Notes under the pieces: model-generated
Seen by the model: only the letters and a program-made list of their open reading frames with translations
Told to the model about the DNA's origin: nothing
Database searches by the model: none
Shown: piece by piece, positions 57,422 through 64,000 of the stretch
How positions within the stretch are numbered: the first letter of the stretch is position 1
Layout: each line of letters opens with the position of its first letter
Assembly: GCA_964550035.1 (NCBI GenBank)
Contig: CAZJVU010000002.1
Span: 19,653-83,652, forward strand
Length of the DNA: 64,000 nt
Origin: an uncultured Candidatus Saccharibacteria bacterium
GTDB taxonomy: Bacteria > Patescibacteriota > Saccharimonadia > Saccharimonadales > EFPC-124
Direction: 5' to 3'
Made by a program: the position numbers and the translations under genes

Positions 57422-58027
57422 ATGCAGATTCTACCAAAGGCATTGACTGATCTTGTTGACGAGCTCGGCAAACTACCGGGCGTCGGGCCACGCACAGCAG
57501 AGCGCTATGCGTATTATTTGCTGCGCTCCGACCCGCACATTGCTACGAAGCTGAGCGCAAGCGTGGCCCAACTCCACAATGGCGTTGGCTACTGCAAGAA
57601 AACATTTGCGCTGGTCGAAAAAGGCCAAGAACTTTCGCCACTCTATACCGGCCCTACCCGCAATAAAAAGCTCGTCGCGGTCGTTGAGGAGCCGCTCGAT
57701 GTCGTCGCGTTGGAGCGTACCGGCCAGTTCAAGGGCACGTACCATGTGCTCGGGGGTGCCATTTCGCCAATTGATGGGATTGGCCCGGAACAGCTTCATA
57801 TCGCCGAACTGCTCGAGCGAATTGACGATGACGAAGTCGAAGAGATCATTCTCGCCATGAACGCGAGTGTCGAAGGGGAGTCAACCGCGCTGTATTTACA
57901 GAGACAGATTGGAGACCGCGATGTGCGCGTCACCCGCCTGGCCCGAGGATTGCCCGTCGGCGTCGACCTGGAGTACGCCGATCAGATCACACTTGGCCAC
58001 GCACTCGAAGGCCGTCAGAAATTATAA
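57422..58027 (+). CDS. recR: Recombination protein RecR
   Basis: LPGVGPRTAER, YHVLGG.ISP.DG, EGESTA, RLARGLPVG. Confidence 0.97.
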   Translation: MQILPKALTDLVDELGKLPGVGPRTAERYAYYLLRSDPHIATKLSASVAQLHNGVGYCKKTFALVEKGQELSPLYTGPTRNKKLVAVVEEPLDVVALERTGQFKGTYHVLGGAISPIDGIGPEQLHIAELLERIDDDEVEEIILAMNASVEGESTALYLQRQIGDRDVRVTRLARGLPVGVDLEYADQITLGHALEGRQKL

Positions 58028-58043
58028 GTTCAAAGTGTTGCTT

Positions 58044-58121
58044 ATAGGGCGGCGGTCGCGGGCATGCGACGCGCCGCCCTACACATGGTGCGTGGTGCTC
58101 AGCTCTGCGCGGCCTGCTTGA
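58044..58121. repeat. ~78-bp direct repeat copy 1 (gene 3' end plus hairpin)
   Basis: Near-identical to 58675-58752; differs only in the hairpin loop. Confidence 0.9.
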
Positions 58122-58557
58122 ACTCACGCAGGAAGCGCGTGGGGGAGAGCAACGCGTGCATGAAGAGCATCCCTTTCGCCTTGTGCCCCCGAACCGTGTG
58201 CCCACGGGCGTAGAAACCCAGCGGCAAACGAAGGACGATGCAGGACTGCACGCCGATCTCCCACAGCTGGTCCACCGATCCCATACCGGCTGCGTACCGC
58301 CTGACGAAACCAGCGAAGCGGCCCTCGGCATCGCCGGGCAGTCGACACCGCAGCACGTCAGACCGCAGCCTCTGCTCGGAAACCTGTTCGGCGCGGAACA
58401 CCGTTCGGATTTTGGGTGCCAAGGGGTAGAGACAAAGGAACGTATCGAACTCCGTGGGGACATTCGTGCGGTCACCCGACACGATGACGTTGAACGAGGA
58501 GACGGGCAGCCGCCCCGTGAGCCAAGCTTCCATACGGTTCTCCTCGACCGGATCCAT
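58099..58557 (-). CDS. Unknown-family paralog 1
   Basis: CLYP..P, LPLG, LLSPT.FL.E.K.AA shared with neighbours. Confidence 0.75.
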   Translation of the reverse strand: MDPVEENRMEAWLTGRLPVSSFNVIVSGDRTNVPTEFDTFLCLYPLAPKIRTVFRAEQVSEQRLRSDVLRCRLPGDAEGRFAGFVRRYAAGMGSVDQLWEIGVQSCIVLRLPLGFYARGHTVRGHKAKGMLFMHALLSPTRFLREFKQAAQS

Positions 58558-58674
58558 GATCACTCCTCTGGTCGTACCGATAACGGACGTGCTAGTTATA
58601 GCACGTAAGATATTCCTCCGCAACCGCACGCCCTCGCTAACGGCCGCTGTTCTCATAAATTCAGTATTGCTCGC

Positions 58675-58752
58675 ATAGGGCGGCGGTCGCGGTCAAGCGA
58701 CGCGCCGCCCTACACATGGTGCGTGGTGCTCAGCTCTGCGCGGCCTGCTTGA
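58675..58752. repeat. ~78-bp direct repeat copy 2
   Basis: See copy 1; offset 631 bp. Confidence 0.9.
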
Positions 58753-59176
58753 GCTCGCGCAGGAAGTACGTGGGTGAGAGGAGTGAGCTCACCCAGAGGA
58801 CGTACTTCCGTTCCTTCTGAGCGGTGACGCCGACGGAGTAGCAGCCGAGAGGCAGCTGGTGCTTTCTGGCCAACTCTGCAGCGATTTCGTTCAGCTCCTC
58901 CTGCGAACCCATCCCTCGAGTGTTCCGGCGGATGCCCTTCAGATACTCTCCCTCGGCGCCGTCGGGCAGGTCGCAACCCGCGATGCGCTGCTGCAGCTCC
59001 GCGTCCGGCATGATGCCGTTGTTGAAGATGCGCAACCGTGGCTCGTAGGGGTAGAGGCAGACGAAAGCCTTGTATTCTGTTGCCCGCCTCGAAGGCTGGC
59101 CCCCGACGATGAAAGCCAGCGTCGGGACGGGATGCTGCGTCTTCAGCCACTTGAGCATGCGCTCTTGGTCGTTCAT
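58730..59176 (-). CDS. Unknown-family paralog 2
   Basis: Same motifs; GGAGG RBS. Confidence 0.8.
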   Translation of the reverse strand: MNDQERMLKWLKTQHPVPTLAFIVGGQPSRRATEYKAFVCLYPYEPRLRIFNNGIMPDAELQQRIAGCDLPDGAEGEYLKGIRRNTRGMGSQEELNEIAAELARKHQLPLGCYSVGVTAQKERKYVLWVSSLLSPTYFLRELKQAAQS

Positions 59177-59234
59177 GAAACCTCCAGTTGTCGGTAGATC
59201 AGAACTTCTCGAAACCGAGCGTGATAACACGCGA

Positions 59235-59684
59235 TCAGCGACGGGCCGCCGCCTTCAGCTCCGCCAGGAAATCGGTCGGGGAGAGCAGCATGCTCATCCA
59301 GACCGCGTGCTTCAGCTTGCCTCGGTCGGTGCGACCCACTGCGAAGCATCCCAACGGTAGACCGTCGCGAGCGGCGAGGCCTTCGGCTATCTCGCGCAAC
59401 TCTTTTACTGCGTTCGGCTCCTCCGTCTTCGATCGGATGTACTCCGCGTACTGCGCGGCGTCGGGTTCGAGGAACTCAGCCGCTGCGAGCAGCCGTAACA
59501 GCTTCCAGTTCGTCACAAGCCCGTTGCTGAAGATGTGGAGCTGAGGCTCGCCGGGATACAAGCAAGCGAAAACGCCCCACCTCGCCGGATGGTCCCGATT
59601 GCCCGCGACGGCGTAGCAGTTCGAGGGAATGTTCAGGCTTCCCGACACCCAACCAACCAAGCGCTCTTTGTCGTGCTCACTCAT
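59235..59684 (-). CDS. Unknown-family paralog 3
   Basis: Same motifs; GGAGG RBS. Confidence 0.8.
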   Translation of the reverse strand: MSEHDKERLVGWVSGSLNIPSNCYAVAGNRDHPARWGVFACLYPGEPQLHIFSNGLVTNWKLLRLLAAAEFLEPDAAQYAEYIRSKTEEPNAVKELREIAEGLAARDGLPLGCFAVGRTDRGKLKHAVWMSMLLSPTDFLAELKAAARR

Positions 59685-59778
59685 GAGCACCTCCGTCCTT
59701 ATCGACAACAAACGTGGTATTTATAGCACACTGCATACATTCCCGCAACCGCCGCTCATCTGGTACAATAGATCCATA

Positions 59779-60780
59779 ATGTTTGACGAAGCCAAAAAAC
59801 TTGTTGAAGATGCCGAACGCATCGTTGTGATCCAGGGCGAAAACCCCGATGGTGATAGCCTTGGCAGTAGCCTGGCCCTCGAAGAGATCCTTGGCGACCT
59901 CGGTAAAGATGTCGTCATGTACTGCGCCATCAATATTCCGACATACCTCGGCTATCTCAAGGGCTGGGACCGCGTAATCGACGAATTTCCCCATGAGTTT
60001 GACCTCAGCATCGTCGTCGACACCGCCAGCGCAACGCTGCTTGAGCGAGCCATCGCACCAGAGAATGTCGCGCTTATCAGTAAGCGACCATCAATCGTCA
60101 TCGACCACCACGTGACCGAAGGCGACATCCCATTCGACCACCTCGCCATGACCGACCAAACCATGGTTGCGACGGGCGAGCTCATATATAAATGGACGCA
60201 ACACGCCGGCTGGAAGGTAAACGCACAGGCTTGCGAACACCTTGCCATATCGATTCTGGCCGACTCGCTTGGCCTGGTAACTGAGAACACAACGAGCAAT
60301 AGCATCCGCACGGTCGCCAGCCTTGTCGATGGCGGCGCTAGCCTGGCGACAATCGACAATCGCCGGCGCGACTTCATGAAGAAATCGCCTGAAATTCTCG
60401 AATACAAAGGTCGCCTCCTGCAGCGCATCGAATACTATAACGACGGCGCGCTGTCGCTGGTCCATATTCCATGGGACGAAATCACCGAGTTCAGCCATCA
60501 GTATAATCCGTCCGTGCTTGTGCTTGACGAGATGCGATTGGTTAACGACGTCCGCGTCGCCATCGCGCTCAAAACCTACCCCGACGGCAAAATAACCGGC
60601 AAAATCCGCTGTAATAGCGGGTCCAAAGTAGCCGAGCAGATCGCTGGGTACTTTGGCGGTGGCGGTCACGCCTACGTCGCCGGATTCCGCACCTACAGTG
60701 ACAACTATGAGGATGTGAAGCACGATCTCATCCGCACAGTTGACAGGATTCTCACCGAATACGATAAAACCCAGGAGTAA
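59779..60780 (+). CDS. DHH/DHHA1 phosphoesterase (NrnA-like)
   Basis: NPDGDSLGS, IDHH, GGGGH. Confidence 0.92.
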   Translation: MFDEAKKLVEDAERIVVIQGENPDGDSLGSSLALEEILGDLGKDVVMYCAINIPTYLGYLKGWDRVIDEFPHEFDLSIVVDTASATLLERAIAPENVALISKRPSIVIDHHVTEGDIPFDHLAMTDQTMVATGELIYKWTQHAGWKVNAQACEHLAISILADSLGLVTENTTSNSIRTVASLVDGGASLATIDNRRRDFMKKSPEILEYKGRLLQRIEYYNDGALSLVHIPWDEITEFSHQYNPSVLVLDEMRLVNDVRVAIALKTYPDGKITGKIRCNSGSKVAEQIAGYFGGGGHAYVAGFRTYSDNYEDVKHDLIRTVDRILTEYDKTQE

Positions 60781-60783
60781 TCC

Positions 60784-62199
60784 ATGAGACTTTACAATAC
60801 GCTCGCCAGGGACATTCAAGACTTTGTCCCGCTTCAAGACAACATTGCACGCATCTATTCGTGCGGCCCGACAGTGTATGACCACGCTCACATCGGTAAC
60901 ATGAGCGCTTATATTTTTGCTGATACGCTCCGCCGCGTCGTTGGTCTGACCACCGGCACCACGCCAAAACACGTCATGAACTACACGGACGTCGACGACA
61001 AGACGATTCGCCGCAGTCGCGAACGCTATCCAGACCTCGAGCCTCGCGAAGCGCTCCGCAAACTTACCGATACATACATTGAGCTCTTTCTGGCTGACAT
61101 GAAGCGTGCTGGCAACGATACGGATGCTATTACTTTCGTTCGTGCCACCGACAATATCCAGAGCATGCAGGAGCTGACACGACGACTTCACGAAGGCGGT
61201 TTTGCCTATCTTGCCGATGATGGCGTGTACTTTTCGATCGAGGCCTACCAGAAGAGCGGCAAAAAGTACGGCCAGCTCCTGGATCTGGATGCGCAGAACA
61301 CCAGCGAAGCGCGCATTAATAACGACGAGTATGACAAAGACAACATCCATGACTTCGTGCTCTGGAAAAAGCAAAAAGACGGCGAGCCAGCCTGGGCATT
61401 TGAGATCGATGGCAAGGATATGACTGGGCGCCCCGGATGGCATATCGAATGCTCGGCAATGAGTCGCAGTGAGCTCGACCAACCATTTGACATCCACACC
61501 GGTGGCGTCGACTTGATATTCCCGCACCACGAAAACGAAATCGCCCAGAGCACAGCGCTTGCCATTCCAACGATGGCGCAGTTCTTTGCCCACAATGAGC
61601 ACATTCTGGTGGACGGTAAGAAGATGGCAAAATCAGCCAATAACTTCTACACACTAGAGGACATCATTGCTAAAGGTTACGATCCGCTCGCGTTTCGTCT
61701 ATTGGTTCTGCAAGCGCACTACCGGTCGCAGGTGCACTTTAGCTGGGAGAACTTGGAGGCAGCGCAGAATCGCTTGCATAGTATCTACGCTTGGGCGGAC
61801 CTACGGTTCCAGCCAAGCGCGGACGAAATGACCGATGAACTCGATAACCTGTTCCGCACCACGCGCGAAGATATCTCAGCCGCAATGCAGAACGACCTCA
61901 ACACACCGCAAGCGCTCGTCGCCCTCGGCAAGCTCATGGACTACATGAGCACCATCGCCGTCCCCGGCGTGGAAGGGAAGTACACCGACGGTACGCTTGG
62001 ATTCCTCGATGACGTGTTCGGGCTCGGACTTGCGCACCGAAGTGACATCACCGTTGAGCAGAGGCAACTTATCAAAGACCGTGAAACTGCTCGCGCCAAC
62101 AAAGACTGGGCAAAGTCAGACGAAATCCGCGATACGCTCGCCGAGCAGAAGCTTGGCCTCCGCGACACCGACCACGGCACGGTCTGGTATCGGCTCTAG
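60784..62199 (+). CDS. cysS: Cysteine-tRNA ligase
   Basis: CGPTVY..AHIGN, GRPGWHIECS, FPHHENE, KMAKS. Confidence 0.98.
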   Translation: MRLYNTLARDIQDFVPLQDNIARIYSCGPTVYDHAHIGNMSAYIFADTLRRVVGLTTGTTPKHVMNYTDVDDKTIRRSRERYPDLEPREALRKLTDTYIELFLADMKRAGNDTDAITFVRATDNIQSMQELTRRLHEGGFAYLADDGVYFSIEAYQKSGKKYGQLLDLDAQNTSEARINNDEYDKDNIHDFVLWKKQKDGEPAWAFEIDGKDMTGRPGWHIECSAMSRSELDQPFDIHTGGVDLIFPHHENEIAQSTALAIPTMAQFFAHNEHILVDGKKMAKSANNFYTLEDIIAKGYDPLAFRLLVLQAHYRSQVHFSWENLEAAQNRLHSIYAWADLRFQPSADEMTDELDNLFRTTREDISAAMQNDLNTPQALVALGKLMDYMSTIAVPGVEGKYTDGTLGFLDDVFGLGLAHRSDITVEQRQLIKDRETARANKDWAKSDEIRDTLAEQKLGLRDTDHGTVWYRL

Positions 62200-62369
62200 C
62201 GCTGGGCGAGACTCTCAGCCAACCGCTCGAAGAAGTCCCGAGAGTACTTGTAGCCATCGGCCGCAAGCTCTTGGGCTTCTTTAGTCGTGATCGATTCCCA
62301 TTTGCGCTGCGGCTTGGTCGTACCGGCGCTTGGTCGCATCGACAAGCGCCTGCTCAAAGGTGCTTCTCA

Positions 62370-63512
62370 CTACTGCGACTCAGTAACCTGTGCGACCTTC
62401 GATCGTACAAACCGGCCCCAGCTGCGACGTGTGGTTGGCTTGCTCACTTTGCGGCGCTCGAGGTAGTCAAGAATAAGAACGCGGATACAGCCTGCCGCTG
62501 GAATCGCCAGAAAACCACCGACCGGACCGAGCAAGTTGATGCCGACCAACGCTGCGACCAAAATCGTCAACGCGCTGAGCTCGATAGTTCGCGCCTGAAC
62601 CGTCGGCTGGATGAGGTTATTCTCGATTTGCTGATAGATAAAGAAGTAGACTCCGAAGGCCACAGCCGCGCCAAGGTCATTAAAGATCAGTACAAATATC
62701 ACAATCGTCGCGCCAATAATCGCGCCAATCATCGGTACTAAGTCAGTCAGAAAGATCAAAAACGCCAGCGGCAGCACGGCAGTAAGCGGCACCGTAAAGA
62801 ACGCCGTGAATGCAAAGAGCACCAAAAGTCCCGCCGCCCCGGCGAGCGTCGCCACAAAAACCTGTCCACTCACATAGCGCGTCACCACTGTATACATACG
62901 ACTGATGAGGTACTTATGATGCTGCAGCTTGTGGTCATCGGTATAGATGCTCCATAGCCGCTCAAGCCAGCGGGGACCCTCGATCAGCGCCAAGAAAGTG
63001 AGCACAAGTACCGTTAGCAACGTCACAAATCCGCTCAACACCGTTGTCACACCACTAATGACACTCCCGCCGACGCCCGATACGATACTGCCGGCCTGCT
63101 TGCGTGCGCCATCGACAAATTGGTTAACTTCGTCCTGAAGGTTATACCGCTTAATGACATCAGACACGACGCCTTTCTGGCCACTGACTTGCTCGATATA
63201 GCTCGGGAGGGAATTGATGAAGCTAGACGTCTGGCGAACAATAGGCGGGATCGCCACATAGACAAAGAACCCAATGATGGCCAGCACGATAATATAGCTC
63301 ACCGTCGTTGCCAGAACACGGCTGTGGCCAGGGAGCCTATTAGCGAGCGATGAAACCGGGGGATTGAGCGCCATCGCCAGGAAGAATGAAATCAGCACTA
63401 TCATCAAAGACGGCGTCAGCTTCCAGAGAACAAAAATACCGCCCACAAAGACTGCAGCCACCAAGAAGAGGCGGACGAAGGTTGATGAATCGATCTCGAT
63501 TTTGACTTTCAC
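62370..63512 (-). CDS. AI-2E family transporter
   Basis: YQQIENNLIQP, GGFLAIP, many TM. Confidence 0.92.
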   Translation of the reverse strand: MKVKIEIDSSTFVRLFLVAAVFVGGIFVLWKLTPSLMIVLISFFLAMALNPPVSSLANRLPGHSRVLATTVSYIIVLAIIGFFVYVAIPPIVRQTSSFINSLPSYIEQVSGQKGVVSDVIKRYNLQDEVNQFVDGARKQAGSIVSGVGGSVISGVTTVLSGFVTLLTVLVLTFLALIEGPRWLERLWSIYTDDHKLQHHKYLISRMYTVVTRYVSGQVFVATLAGAAGLLVLFAFTAFFTVPLTAVLPLAFLIFLTDLVPMIGAIIGATIVIFVLIFNDLGAAVAFGVYFFIYQQIENNLIQPTVQARTIELSALTILVAALVGINLLGPVGGFLAIPAAGCIRVLILDYLERRKVSKPTTRRSWGRFVRSKVAQVTESQ

Positions 63513-63542
63513 GAGGCTAACCGCTCCTTTATTGTTTATCGT

Positions 63543-63710
63543 TTAGTTGAATCTAACTTTGTATGCCACAGCCACACCGATAAGTGCGCCGACGACAGCA
63601 TAAAAAATCGTGTAGATACTGAGAATATCGAAACGAAAAATGAGAAGTGCGATATACGCCATGGCGGCCGCACCAATGGCGCCTGCCCGTAAAAGCGTTT
63701 TGCTGTCCAT
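63543..63710 (-). CDS. 55-aa two-TM protein
   Basis: MDSKTLLRAGAIGAAAMAYIALLIFRFDILSIYTIFYAVVGALIGVAVAYKVRFN. Confidence 0.55.
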   Translation of the reverse strand: MDSKTLLRAGAIGAAAMAYIALLIFRFDILSIYTIFYAVVGALIGVAVAYKVRFN

Positions 63711-63753
63711 GACACTTAGTATGACGCAAAATAGATCAAAACACCAGCGGGCC

Positions 63754-63798
63754 TTCTACGTAAAACACGCACGTCGAGCGCGCGTGTTTTACGTAGAA
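63754..63798. terminator. Long hairpin terminator
   Basis: ttctacgtaaaacacgc...gcgtgttttacgtagaa. Confidence 0.8.
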
Positions 63799-63809
63799 AA
63801 GGGAAGTGG

Positions 63810-64000
63810 TTAGCCGCGAGCAGCAAGCTCTTCGCGAGCGGCCGCCATCTTCTCGGACCAGAAGACAAGTCGGTCAAGCATAGTGTGTGCAGCCTTCTCG
63901 TGGCGCTCAGTAAACTGGTAGTTACCCTTGTCGTCCAGATTAAGGTAGTACTCTGGCAGAATAATATGCTCAGTGATGTCATACATCGAGAGGTGACCTA
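63810..64000 (-). CDS. C-terminus of a probable NADPH-dependent FMN reductase (partial)
   Basis: ...HEKAAHTMLDRLVFWSEKMAAAREELAARG*. Confidence 0.6.
   Translation of the reverse strand, partial: GHLSMYDITEHIILPEYYLNLDDKGNYQFTERHEKAAHTMLDRLVFWSEKMAAAREELAARG

Noticed and set aside
58044-58752. Diversity-generating retroelement TR/VR pair or integron attC sites
   Set aside because: Differences are not adenine-specific, there is no reverse transcriptase or integron integrase, and no attC core pattern was recognised.
60091-61602. 503-aa minus-strand ORF
   Set aside because: Antisense shadow of the DHH gene and cysS.
62196-62369. Possible gene fragment between cysS and the AI-2E transporter
   Set aside because: Short, frame-broken and without a recognisable family.
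1-64000. CRISPR array or cas genes
   Set aside because: No regularly spaced repeats or cas motifs were seen.

Overview
Bacterial chromosomal window in genetic code 11 (TGA is used as a stop). Gene content and protein style point to Saccharibacteria (TM7, Patescibacteria/CPR); this is inference. The core backbone runs: surface-glycosylation cluster, secE-nusG, rplK/rplA, a dNMP-kinase-dcd-tmk-thyA operon, rplJ/rplL, a sensor-kinase-led type IV pilus operon, ECF sigma/anti-sigma, dnaX-dnaB, ybaB-recR, DHH phosphoesterase and cysS. It is interrupted by many GC-rich single-gene cassettes. The main discovery is a ~3.87 kb IS1595-family cargo transposon (14348-18213), with 22/23 bp inverted ends and an 8 bp target duplication inside the nusG terminator. 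Besides passenger ORFs it carries three non-coding elements: (1) an aberrant tRNA-Arg-like gene with an 8-nt anticodon loop; (2) a convergent ~43-nt small RNA with its own extended -10 promoter and terminator, whose unpaired 5' end is a perfect 12-nt complement of that anticodon arm; (3) a switch-like structured leader. The second highlight is a pair of back-to-back promoters, each followed by a leaderless, amino-acid-diverse leader peptide and a terminator. One of them controls an ATP-grasp ligase that sits next to a DmpA peptidase, a racemase and an M20 peptidase. All family calls come from motif recognition by eye; no database searches were run.
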